From Clostridia bacterium (GTDB taxonomy: Bacteria; Bacillota; Clostridia; Christensenellales; CAG-138): a stretch of 64,000 nt of DNA. The translations under genes and the position numbers were made by a program. Each line of letters starts with the position of its first letter. The first letter of the stretch is position 1. The stretch spans positions 24,069 through 88,068 of the forward strand of contig JAEDCW010000001.1 of the NCBI GenBank assembly GCA_016293975.1. The letters are read 5' to 3'. The notes below the pieces were generated by a model, which saw only the letters and a program-made list of their open reading frames with translations, did no database searches and was not told the DNA's origin. Of this stretch, positions 56,127-64,000 are shown in pieces.

Positions 56127-56156
56127 TTGACATGAGCGCTTGCATTTCTATATAAT
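56127..56156 (+). promoter_or_regulatory. Candidate sigma-A promoter of the rpmH operon
   Basis: TTGACA-N18-TATAAT. Confidence 0.6.
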
Positions 56157-56263
56157 GCTGTGTCTGCTAAATGTAGAAGTATGCAAAGTAGGGCATTCGT
56201 CGGATGTGCCGAGTGCACCGGACGCATATGCTTTATAAACTTATAGTGAATCGAGGTGTAGGT

Positions 56264-56398
56264 ATGCTTCAGACTTATCAGCCTAAGAAAAGGCAGCGTA
56301 AAAAGGTACACGGCTTCCGTCAGCGCATGAAGACAAAGAACGGCAGGAACGTCCTTGCACGCAGAAGGCTCAAGGGCAGAAGGAAACTCTCTGCTTAA
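56264..56398 (+). CDS. rpmH: 50S ribosomal protein L34
   Basis: [44 protein letters not shown]. The ATG at 56264 follows GAGGTGTAGGT. Confidence 0.95.
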   Translation: MLQTYQPKKRQRKKVHGFRQRMKTKNGRNVLARRRLKGRRKLSA

Positions 56399-56531
56399 GC
56401 AAATTTGAGAATGGTCAAATTCGGTGGGGCGATTAACAACCGCCCCAATGAGACCCAAACAGGACGGATGCCGTTTGTTTCATCCATGAGGGTGTGATAA
56501 ACGGCTTTATTCATAGTAAAAGAGGTAATCG

Positions 56532-56882
56532 TTGAAGCGTTGCTACTCCCTGAAGCGGAACAAGGAATTTCGTCGTGTATACCGCATAGGAAAAACCCAG
56601 AAATGCAGGACTCTCGTGCTTATATACACAAAAAGCTGCGGCCCTGCAAATAGGTTTGGTTTCAGCGTGAGCAAGAAGCTCGGCAACAGTGTAATACGAA
56701 ACAGGATAAAGCGCCGCCTGAGAGAGGCTGTACGTCTGCAATTCGACGATATAAAGACCTCGTACAATTTCATATTTATCGCCCGTGGCGCCGTCCTCAC
56801 GGAAAGCTTCCCCGCCCTTATGTCGCAGGTACGACTGGTGCTCGACAGGGCAGGATTGATTAAGGATGTTGCGGAAAAATGA
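56532..56882 (+). CDS. rnpA: Ribonuclease P protein component
   Basis: [16 protein letters not shown]...[27 protein letters not shown] start. Confidence 0.9.
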   Translation: MKRCYSLKRNKEFRRVYRIGKTQKCRTLVLIYTKSCGPANRFGFSVSKKLGNSVIRNRIKRRLREAVRLQFDDIKTSYNFIFIARGAVLTESFPALMSQVRLVLDRAGLIKDVAEK

Positions 56883-57208
56883 AGCGAGTGCTGCTTTGGC
56901 TCATTGCCTTCTACAAGCGTCGGATATCACCGGCGTTGCCGTCCGCATGCCGCTTTTACCCGACTTGCTCGGAATACGCCTATAGCGCAATCTCAAAATT
57001 CGGTGCTTTTCTTGGCACTATATTGGCAATTTTCCGCCTGCTTCGATGCAACCCGTTTTCACGGGGCGGATACGACCCTGTGCCCGATACATTCATCGGC
57101 GCATTTTCAAAAAAGACCCGCGAGATGAACGACAAGCTTGAATGGGATTTTTCCGACGACGAATCAGGCTCCTCCGAGGACAAAATCACGCATTGCCGCG
57201 AGCAATGA
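56879..57208 (+). CDS. yidD: Membrane protein insertion efficiency factor YidD (with a C-terminal extension of about 35 aa)
   Basis: [45 protein letters not shown]. Confidence 0.9.
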   Translation: MKRVLLWLIAFYKRRISPALPSACRFYPTCSEYAYSAISKFGAFLGTILAIFRLLRCNPFSRGGYDPVPDTFIGAFSKKTREMNDKLEWDFSDDESGSSEDKITHCREQ

Positions 57209-57244
57209 TACTCACGGGTAGTACATCGAAAGAGAGGGAGCACC

Positions 57245-58282
57245 TTGCAAGGAGATTTTTTTCTTACCAACTGGTTTTTAGAGGGCATGAAGTGGGTTTA
57301 TTACAACCTAACTTCCATGAATGTCACCCTTACGATCGTCATCTGCACGCTCATACTCAGAGCATTTTCGATTTTCGGTGATATAAGCTCTCGTAAGTCA
57401 TCAAGAAAGATGGCTTTGATACAGCCGCAGATTCAAAAGCTGCAGAAGAAATATGCGAACGACCCTCAGAAGCTCAGAGCGGAGCAGAGCAAGCTGATGA
57501 AGCAGGAAGGCGTGAGCATGTGGGGCGGTTGCCTGCCTATGCTCATAACCATGCCCCTGTTCTTCTGCTTCTTCGCCGCATTCCGCTATTGGGCATCTGA
57601 GCATATGATTGAGCTCTTGCTCACGGCAAACACGGATATGGAAGCCGCAAAGGAGATGTTCACAAACTTCAAATTCCTTTGGGTATGTAACATATGGGAA
57701 GCTGACAGCGCGCTGATCCCTGTACTCTCAAAGGCGGAAACATTCCTTGCCACGAAGAATATGGCTAACCTCTTGTACTTTGTTGAGCATCCCGAGGCGA
57801 TAAAGGTATTCGAAGAACTCGGAATGGCTATACAGACAAGCTCCGTAGTCAACGGCGAAGTAGTCAATACATGGCAATTTATTGCAAGTGATAACGCAAT
57901 AGCTACATACAATAATTTGACCGCTCCGCTTATGGAGATGTATCCCGGATACACAAACGGCTGGTTTATCTGGCCCATTATTACGGGCGGACTCATGATG
58001 CTGAGCTCACTGCTCTCACAGCCCAGGCCGAAGAAGGGCGAGCAGTTGACCGAACAGGAAAAGCAGACGCAGAAGACGTCCAAGATTATGATGTACATAT
58101 TTCCCGCATTCTGCTTGATAGCCTGCTTGTCATCGTCCACGGCATTCGCCGTATACTGGAGCTTCTCGAGCTTGCTCATGGTAGTTATCAACCTCATTCT
58201 CAACAAAGCATTCCCGAGAACGGTTGCTCCCGTTGAGCCCACACCCGAGGAAAACTTTGCCGCAAAGATCGGCAGAAAATAA
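57245..58282 (+). CDS. yidC: YidC/Oxa1-family membrane protein insertase
   Basis: LTIVICTLILRA..QPQIQKLQKKYANDPQKL..GGCLPMLITMPLFF. The TTG start at 57245 follows GAGGGAG; an alternative ATG is at 57287. Confidence 0.85.
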   Translation: MQGDFFLTNWFLEGMKWVYYNLTSMNVTLTIVICTLILRAFSIFGDISSRKSSRKMALIQPQIQKLQKKYANDPQKLRAEQSKLMKQEGVSMWGGCLPMLITMPLFFCFFAAFRYWASEHMIELLLTANTDMEAAKEMFTNFKFLWVCNIWEADSALIPVLSKAETFLATKNMANLLYFVEHPEAIKVFEELGMAIQTSSVVNGEVVNTWQFIASDNAIATYNNLTAPLMEMYPGYTNGWFIWPIITGGLMMLSSLLSQPRPKKGEQLTEQEKQTQKTSKIMMYIFPAFCLIACLSSSTAFAVYWSFSSLLMVVINLILNKAFPRTVAPVEPTPEENFAAKIGRK

Positions 58283-58304
58283 TCGTCCCTTAATAGGAGG
58301 AATA

Positions 58305-59354
58305 ATGAAGTTTTTGGAAGTTTCCGACAAGACCGTAGATAGTGCAATATTTAAAGGTCTTAACGAGCTTGGACTCTCAATCGACGAGGTGGAGATAGAG
58401 ATCGTACAACAGGACACGCGCGGCATACTTGGTATAGGCAAAAAAGATGCTATCGTCCGCCTTACCCAGAAGCCCGAAGATGAAGTGATAATTCCCGACT
58501 TTGCAGAGCTTGCAAGGGAAGGCCGCCGTGAAAGAAGCGACGACAGGCGCAAAAGCGGCAATACAGACAGAAACAGAAACGACCGTCCGTGCAACGACCG
58601 CAGAGGCGACAAGCGCCCCGAAGGCCGCGAAGCAAGGCCTGGAGCGCCCAAGCAAGACAGACCTCCCAAGCAGGAGCATCGTCCGCAGGTACAGAAACCC
58701 CAGCCCATACATGAGATAAGCGAAAGCATCTGCGATACGGTCGCCCCCACAGAGGTCGCAGTACCGACCCCCGCAATCGGGGAAAAGAAGTTTGAACTCA
58801 CCATAGAGAACGCCGCGAACGAAGAAGGCGCGATATTCCTCAAAGGTATGCTCACTAGAATGGGCATAGAGTGTGAAATGCTCGCAGGCGGAGACGAGAA
58901 CGAGCTTGCCATTCAGATATCAAGCCCCTCAATGGCACTTATAATCGGCCACAGGGGCGAGACGCTCGACTCACTGCAGTACCTCACATCCCTCGTGGTC
59001 AATAAGAACCGCAAGGAAGACGGCTATCGCAGGGTAACAGTAGACATCGAAGGCTATAGACAGAAGCGTGAGGAAACACTCGTAAAGCTCGCAAGGCGCG
59101 TAGCGCAGCAGGTCAAGCAGACAGGCAGACCTCGCACACTTGAGCCTATGAACCCCTACGAGCGCAGAATACTGCACTCAACGCTCCAGTCGAGCGTCTA
59201 TGTAACGACACACAGCGTAGGCGATGAACCCAACAGGCGCGTCGTTGTATCTCCAAAGCGCAGGCGTCCGAGCAGCTACAGGTCCTGCGGAAACAACCGT
59301 CCGACGCAGGCAAATGCTCCTCGCATTGAATCAAACGGAGCAGTAACAGAATAA
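58305..59354 (+). CDS. jag: Jag/KhpB RNA-binding protein (Jag_N + KH + R3H) with a long basic low-complexity insert
   Basis: AGGAGGAATA-ATG. N-terminal KTVDSAIFKGLNELGL, and C-terminal R3H LEPMNPYERRILH. An R/D/K/P-rich linker of about 70 aa is present. Confidence 0.85.
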   Translation: MKFLEVSDKTVDSAIFKGLNELGLSIDEVEIEIVQQDTRGILGIGKKDAIVRLTQKPEDEVIIPDFAELAREGRRERSDDRRKSGNTDRNRNDRPCNDRRGDKRPEGREARPGAPKQDRPPKQEHRPQVQKPQPIHEISESICDTVAPTEVAVPTPAIGEKKFELTIENAANEEGAIFLKGMLTRMGIECEMLAGGDENELAIQISSPSMALIIGHRGETLDSLQYLTSLVVNKNRKEDGYRRVTVDIEGYRQKREETLVKLARRVAQQVKQTGRPRTLEPMNPYERRILHSTLQSSVYVTTHSVGDEPNRRVVVSPKRRRPSSYRSCGNNRPTQANAPRIESNGAVTE

Positions 59355-59366
59355 ACAAACCGGGTA

Positions 59367-59394
59367 AGGGTCGCAGTAGCGACCCTTTTGTTAT
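59367..59394 (+). terminator. Intrinsic terminator ending the rpmH-jag operon
   Basis: AGGGTCGC-AGTA-GCGACCCT, then TTTGTT. Confidence 0.8.
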
Positions 59395-59570
59395 GTCCTA
59401 TCTCCTCTCAAATACCCTCAAACGAGCGGTGTATGTCCGGTGCAAGTATTTTCACTGTTCCCCGGCGCAGATTCTGCATACGGGCATAGTTGTCGCCAAA
59501 CCAACGCCAGACAGTTTTCTGTCACAGCCCACATAGCTGCGTACTTTTTATGCTCTATGGCGATAGACGC

Positions 59571-59597
59571 AAACTAAAGAGCCGCTCATTGCGGCTC
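59571..59597 (-). terminator. Intrinsic terminator after the membrane-protein gene
   Basis: Minus strand: GAGCCGC-AATGA-GCGGCTC, then TTTAGTTT. Confidence 0.6.
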
Positions 59598-59643
59598 ATA
59601 ACTGTTACACATTTGCGCTTCAAAAAGCAGTCGTGCTATGCTA

Positions 59644-60219
59644 TTATATTAGGAACATCAGTATCGCACTCATGCTGAATACGGGTATAAGCGAGCCTAC
59701 ACCGAGCTGCTCCAATGTATGCCGCTTGGTGACCAGCGACGACCACCATACGAGTCCTAGTATTATCACTCCGAGTGCATACCACGGGCTTACCTTGAAA
59801 ACGAGCATTGCCATAGGTCCTGCTACTCCGCAGGCGTGTCCGCTCGGCTTAAACTTGATTATGTATGACAGTACGCCAATGAGTATTCCCGAGATTACAT
59901 ACGTGAGGCATATGAGCAGCTCGGTGTCGGTACAGCCGTCGATAAAAAGCAGAAGCAGCAGTATGAGGTAACCTACGACTGAGAATATAACTGCAAGTTT
60001 TCTCTGAGACTTGCGTCCTTTGGCCCTTAGGGCAGGTATAATATACCATACGGGATAAGCCAAAAGCGGCAATACGCTTAAGCAGAATATCATAGTTGCA
60101 CAGTGCCATGCGTTTCCCATAAGCTCGGGTTTTACCAACCACATTATGAGCACAAGTGCAAGTGCCGGTATCGGAGCTACTGTAGTAAGCCTTATTGTCA
60201 TTGCAAGTTTGTTCTTCAT
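59644..60219 (-). CDS. Polytopic membrane protein, possibly a PAP2-superfamily phosphatase
   Basis: 191 aa with 5-6 TM helices. KPSGHACGVAG and ..TKRHTLEQLGVG loosely fit PAP2 motifs C2 (PSGH) and C3 (SRxxxxxHxxxQ/D). Tentative. Confidence 0.35.
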   Translation of the reverse strand: MKNKLAMTIRLTTVAPIPALALVLIMWLVKPELMGNAWHCATMIFCLSVLPLLAYPVWYIIPALRAKGRKSQRKLAVIFSVVGYLILLLLLFIDGCTDTELLICLTYVISGILIGVLSYIIKFKPSGHACGVAGPMAMLVFKVSPWYALGVIILGLVWWSSLVTKRHTLEQLGVGSLIPVFSMSAILMFLI

Positions 60220-60358
60220 TCAACCCTCCTCTGTGTTGCTGCCACCATGATACTCAAACACCCCGATAGAGTCACTCTACGCATAGAAAGCGGGCTCTAC
60301 GCAAAATATCTGCCACTCTACTCAGAGTAGAGTGCATTCTATGTTGAGGAGGATTACC

Positions 60359-60994
60359 TTGATTCACGATGAAAATACGCTCAAAGAGGTCATAGCAACC
60401 AACATATCGCATTACAGAAGGCTCAATGGCGACACGCAGGCAAAGCTTGCGGAGAAGCTAAGCTATTCCGATAAATCAGTATCCAAGTGGGAGCGTGCAG
60501 AGGCTGTCCCCGACGTTTTTGTGCTCGTGAAAATAGCCGACCTCTACAATGTAACCGTGTCTGACCTTTTAAACGAGGCGACACCACACAGGGAAGCTTC
60601 CGATGTCGAGGCGCTCACGCAGAAGCAGGACGCAAAGAGGCACACGCTCGTGCTGACACTCTCTTGCGGGCTCGCCATGCTCATTGCAACGATAGTCTTC
60701 TTCATACTGAGCATACTCAACGTACCTGTTCCTAATTTGTGGATGTGCTTTATATACGCGCTCCCCGTAATGTTTATAGTGTGCGTCGTGTTTACGGCGA
60801 TATGGTTTGGACTTTATCTGCAATGCATAAGCGTGAGCCTACTCATATGGTCGCTTGCAGTGTCTCTGCATTTATCGTTTATGGTGGATGGGGCGTACCT
60901 CATATACTTGGTGGCAGGCGTACTGCAGGTGCTGTGTCTGCTGTGGTATCTGCTTATCAGGGTAAAACACGTACCCATAGAGAAAAGCAAATAA
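60359..60994 (+). CDS. XRE-family HTH regulator fused to a four-TM membrane domain
   Basis: HTH NGDTQAKLAEKLSYSDKSVSKWERAEAVP, then four hydrophobic helices. The TTG at 60359 lies 6 nt after GAGGAGG; alternatives are ATG at 60341 and GTG at 60332. Confidence 0.75.
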   Translation: MIHDENTLKEVIATNISHYRRLNGDTQAKLAEKLSYSDKSVSKWERAEAVPDVFVLVKIADLYNVTVSDLLNEATPHREASDVEALTQKQDAKRHTLVLTLSCGLAMLIATIVFFILSILNVPVPNLWMCFIYALPVMFIVCVVFTAIWFGLYLQCISVSLLIWSLAVSLHLSFMVDGAYLIYLVAGVLQVLCLLWYLLIRVKHVPIEKSK

Positions 60995-61010
60995 ACGAAA
61001 AACAATCGAC

Positions 61011-61031
61011 CGGAGCTCTTGCTCCGTTTTT
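61011..61031 (+). terminator. Intrinsic terminator after the XRE gene
   Basis: CGGAGC-TCTT-GCTCCG, then T5. Confidence 0.7.
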
Positions 61032-61040
61032 CATTGCAGT

Positions 61041-61062
61041 AAAAAGCAGCCTTTCGGCTGCT
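61041..61062 (-). terminator. Intrinsic terminator after the PIG-L fusion gene
   Basis: Minus strand: AGCAGCC-GAAA-GGCTGCT, then T5. Confidence 0.7.
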
Positions 61063-61083
61063 TGTGTGTATTGTGCTGTTTAA

Positions 61084-63651
61084 TTACGGTGCTGTCGTAG
61101 GCGGAGCTGTGGGTTCAGGCGTCGGCTGAGTTGTGGGATTAGGCGTCTCTGTTCCACCACCGCCCGAATCCGTGGGTTCCATAGTGCGCACGGGGACATA
61201 AATGTTGCCGTTATTGTATATCGGGTCGTTAAGCGTCGGTACCGATTCGGATACTCCCCAAAGCAGACCGTCCGGCCAAAACCGCTGTGTGTCCAAACCG
61301 ATTATACCTATGTGCTGGTTCAGATTCTCACCCAAGAATACCATGGCCGTAGAATCACCGCCGTCGAGGTTATACGCCTGCGTGCATCCGTATTCGAGCA
61401 TGAGTTCGGCAAAGTCCTTCATCCACATTCCGCGGCTGTAGCCCTTCTGCCTTCCGTCAACGGTTATGGCGATGAAATAGCCGGGTTCCACCATTCCGAC
61501 ACCACAGCGGGGGTTAATGTGGTTCACCCTGCTCTTATCTACGTCCTCGGGTATGATGCCGTCCTTAACGAGTGTCGGGCCGAACGAGTACGTGTCCTTT
61601 ACTCCCATCTCGATGAGCTCGTCCGCAGTCACTTCGCCACCCTCGAATATCTTCATCGACAAATCGGGCATGAATGCCATTGTATCAGTCTTTTTATTGC
61701 CCTTAGAGTAAATCTTTCCGTTTCTGATCAATATGCCCTTTAGCTCGACCTCGTTGTTTATGAGATTGTCTCCGGTTATGCCCAATACCGCCTTGTATCT
61801 TCTGCAGAATTTCCAGGGCATGAGCCTCGTCACGCCATCCTCTGCGGCACTTCCAAAGCCGGAGAAATAGGCATCCTCTTCGATCATTCTTATGTGCGCA
61901 ACGCAGTATACGAGCGGTTCTTCGGTGTCTACTACCCTGTCGATAATTATGGAGAGCTTGTCTGTCCTATACTCCCAATGGTTATTCTCCTTGTCGACTA
62001 CTATTATCTCGCCGTACTCGTTGCACTGATCACTGTTTTCCGGGTTCACGAAATACTGCGCCCACGGATGCGGTGTCGGCGTAGGCTCGGGCGTAGGTGT
62101 GGGTTCAGGCGTAGGTTCGGGAGTGGGCTCGGGAGTTCTTATGATAGTCTCACCGGGCGTAGGTTGTATAACGGGCACAGTCTTACAGCTCGTAAGCAGC
62201 ACTACTATCATAATAACGATGGGCAGTAATCCAAGTACTATACCCAATGTGGTCTGCCCCTTCTTTTTTAGAGGCGGCAACACGAATACAAACAGTATGG
62301 CACTTACGATTACAGCCGCTATAGCGATTATCAGCTTTATACCCTTCAAAAGATTATCCTCCTCACCGGCAATCGGCGTAATTGTACTTATCGGTTCGAC
62401 CGTGGCGGTCGGTGTAGGCTCGGGCGTGGACGGCGGTGTGGGCTCAGGCGTAGGCTCGGGCGTAGGTGCAACGTATGTCGTCAGCGATTCCTCAGGGATG
62501 TTCTCGAACATATCGTCCTTTGCGACATCCTTACCCACAGTAGTGAATGCAAGCCCGTATTTAGCACAGCTGTACTTTCCCGTATCGTCTACGTAAAACC
62601 AGTATTGATGCTGTGATTTGTGGCAATCGTAAGACGCCACCGCGATGTCAAATGCCGTCTTTCCGCCAAACGCCTCGAGGGGCTGTCTGAGATCGAGCTC
62701 GATCGCGTCCTCGGCGTACATGTGCAGATAGAGCTTTTTGACCTGCCACGCGCCGTAGAGTTCGTATGACTCTTTAAAGCGCGACGAGTCTGCCGCGACC
62801 TCCATGGCTTTCCTTACCATCGCGGATGTCAGCCTGTGAGCACCGTGACCGTACTCGCCGTTGACATCGTGAGTTATAACTACCTCGGGCTTAAAACGCC
62901 TAAGCTGTGTCACTATGCGCTCGAGCACGGTATCCTCACCCCATGCAGCGGCAGCATCGGCATAGTTATTGGAATACTTGTCCTTAAAGCCGAGGAAAAC
63001 CGGATAGTTTCTTACCCCACTCGTCCAAAGCCCTGCGAGAGCTTCATCCTGCCTCAGGCGTTTTTGGTGGGACATGTACACTACCTGCGTCTTGAGTCCG
63101 AGTTCGCCGGTATAATAGGGCATCACTCCGCCGAAAAACAGATGCTCATCGTCGGGGTGTGCGGTAAAAATCATCAAGTCCGCTTTCTCTGCAGGCGCAT
63201 CCCACGTCTGCACGTTACTTGGCAATTCACCGAGCGAATACACCGCGAGCTTGCCAAGCCTTTTCGACTCCTCAAGGCTCAAAACGACCTTCGCCGCATC
63301 TGCATCGACCTGCAAAAACATACAGAGCATAGGTTCGTTGTATTCGGTTCTGCTTATGGATACGCCCGAGTTGCTGTATTGTTCAAATGTAAATTTTTCC
63401 GGAAGCGTCGTCCACTCTATGTAAATGCCCGAACACTTGTTATCGCCGAAAAATACCGTAAGCGGTGCGCTTTCCTTGACCGTACAGTAGGTGTCGATAT
63501 CCTCGTCATAGATATTACCGATCTTTACGTTGTCGCCTATGCTGATGTCACACAGTGTGGTTATGTCTCCGGCATGTCCATCCGCAAGCACTGTCGGAAA
63601 ACCCAATAAGAAAATGAACGCAAGCAGGGCGCAAATCGTCTTCTTAATCAT
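61084..63651 (-). CDS. Secreted, membrane-tethered fusion: beta-rich N-domain + PIG-L/LmbE deacetylase + TM hairpin + phosphodiester glycosidase (DUF2233/NAGPA-like)
   Basis: The ATG at 63651 follows GAAAGG-N8. Signal MIKKTICALLAFIFLLGFPTVLA. PIG-L motifs are IFTAHPDDEHLFFGG and GEYGHGAH. Three (P-T/E-P)n linkers and two central TM helices are present. The C-terminal domain carries AYNLDGGDSTAMVF. Confidence 0.7.
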   Translation of the reverse strand: MIKKTICALLAFIFLLGFPTVLADGHAGDITTLCDISIGDNVKIGNIYDEDIDTYCTVKESAPLTVFFGDNKCSGIYIEWTTLPEKFTFEQYSNSGVSISRTEYNEPMLCMFLQVDADAAKVVLSLEESKRLGKLAVYSLGELPSNVQTWDAPAEKADLMIFTAHPDDEHLFFGGVMPYYTGELGLKTQVVYMSHQKRLRQDEALAGLWTSGVRNYPVFLGFKDKYSNNYADAAAAWGEDTVLERIVTQLRRFKPEVVITHDVNGEYGHGAHRLTSAMVRKAMEVAADSSRFKESYELYGAWQVKKLYLHMYAEDAIELDLRQPLEAFGGKTAFDIAVASYDCHKSQHQYWFYVDDTGKYSCAKYGLAFTTVGKDVAKDDMFENIPEESLTTYVAPTPEPTPEPTPPSTPEPTPTATVEPISTITPIAGEEDNLLKGIKLIIAIAAVIVSAILFVFVLPPLKKKGQTTLGIVLGLLPIVIMIVVLLTSCKTVPVIQPTPGETIIRTPEPTPEPTPEPTPTPEPTPTPHPWAQYFVNPENSDQCNEYGEIIVVDKENNHWEYRTDKLSIIIDRVVDTEEPLVYCVAHIRMIEEDAYFSGFGSAAEDGVTRLMPWKFCRRYKAVLGITGDNLINNEVELKGILIRNGKIYSKGNKKTDTMAFMPDLSMKIFEGGEVTADELIEMGVKDTYSFGPTLVKDGIIPEDVDKSRVNHINPRCGVGMVEPGYFIAITVDGRQKGYSRGMWMKDFAELMLEYGCTQAYNLDGGDSTAMVFLGENLNQHIGIIGLDTQRFWPDGLLWGVSESVPTLNDPIYNNGNIYVPVRTMEPTDSGGGGTETPNPTTQPTPEPTAPPTTAP
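62068..62163 (-). repeat. Imperfect tandem repeat encoding the TPEPTPEPTPEPTPTPEPTPTP linker
   Basis: Reiterated GGYTCRGGYGTRGG units on the plus strand. Similar tracts lie at 62404-62469 and 61087-61182 in the same gene. Confidence 0.7.
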
Positions 63652-63798
63652 CTTACAAACCTTTCTATATTGCGAAATAAATATAACAAACCGCACTATG
63701 TTTGTCAACCGGCATAGTATGACGAAACGCGATAAATAAGCCATATATTGAGAATACATAGCATATTTGGTATAATCTAAAAAAAACGGAGGTTGCGT

Positions 63799-64000
63799 AT
63801 GCAGGATATCTGGAAAACCTCAGATTCTGCTAATCTACTGAAGCTTTACTCGTACAGAATCATGCTTGTCAGAAAGCCTATGAGCTATGCGCTGGACAAG
63901 CTTGTTGAGTTTGCACAAGACCTCGATAACGGCGATATAGAGTTGTGCGAAAAGCACTATTACGAGCTCTACTCCCACCTCGTCACAAACGGCTGTAGGC
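63799..64000 (+). CDS. Hypothetical protein, N-terminal 67 codons; the gene runs off the right edge
   Basis: GGAGGTTGCGT-ATG at 63799. The frame is open to the window end (MQDIWKTSDSANLLKLYSYRIMLVRKPMSYALDKLVEF...). Family not recognised. Confidence 0.5.
   Translation, partial: MQDIWKTSDSANLLKLYSYRIMLVRKPMSYALDKLVEFAQDLDNGDIELCEKHYYELYSHLVTNGCR

Noticed and set aside
55953-56263. Possible oriC upstream of rpmH
   Set aside because: I read the 310-nt spacer on both strands. It contains promoters for both divergent genes but no TTATCCACA-type boxes or repeated AT-rich 13-mers.
56399-56531. Hairpins (GGGGCG-N9-CGCCCC and others) between rpmH and rnpA, considered as a regulatory RNA
   Set aside because: No T-run and no recognisable motif are present. 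A gap of this size between rpmH and rnpA is common, and I cannot support a specific function.
62068-62469. Short periodic GGYTCRGGYGTRGG repeats, considered as a CRISPR array or VNTR
   Set aside because: They lie in frame inside the large fusion gene and encode Pro-Thr-Glu linkers. No spacer/repeat organisation is present.

Overview
The window looks like a 64-kb chromosomal segment of a spore-forming Clostridia-class Firmicute. The signals are spoIIR, sleB-ypeB, a CwlD-like amidase, Stickland-type ornithine genes and a PPKTG sorting signal. All calls come from reading the ORF translations and the DNA by eye; no database search was run, so family names rest on remembered motifs.

About 60 protein genes are supported, in mostly tightly packed operons:
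- a response regulator / histidine kinase / thyA / folA operon with overlapping stop and start codons (2.2-5.2 kb);
- a small prophage remnant: an intact-looking terminase large subunit and portal gene plus a 50-codon ORF, with a possible displaced TerS-like fragment (6.2-10.9 kb);
- a split chromate-transporter pair;
- an ECF sigma / anti-sigma module;
- the complete oxidative L-ornithine degradation cluster ord-ortA-ortB-oraS-oraE-glmL-like-orr, extended by argF and alr (14.2-24.3 kb);
- a GH13 enzyme and a DUF1858-queT operon;
- two cell-wall hydrolases;
- a yycJ-like / CPBP / rlmH / ybaK-like operon;
- udk, psuK-GNAT, rpmE and ispE;
- spoIIR-sleB-ypeB and pepF;
- a seven-gene mixed operon ending in an active and a catalytically dead signal-peptidase paralog;
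- a sortase-anchored 5'-nucleotidase;
- an AEC transporter, a DUF1015 protein, a tail-anchored multi-Ig surface protein and tandem CNNM/DUF21 proteins;
- rpmH-rnpA-yidD-yidC-jag, without dnaA or mnmEG nearby;
- an 855-aa secreted fusion of a PIG-L deacetylase and a phosphodiester glycosidase.

No rRNA, tRNA, CRISPR array, transposase, integrase or recognisable defence system was seen.

The observations most worth follow-up are:
- the orphan terL-portal pair;
- the dead signal-peptidase paralog;
- the PIG-L / phosphodiester-glycosidase fusion;
- terminator-like hairpins that sit directly against start codons inside the ornithine cluster.

I did not find anything I can defend as a clearly new multi-gene system.
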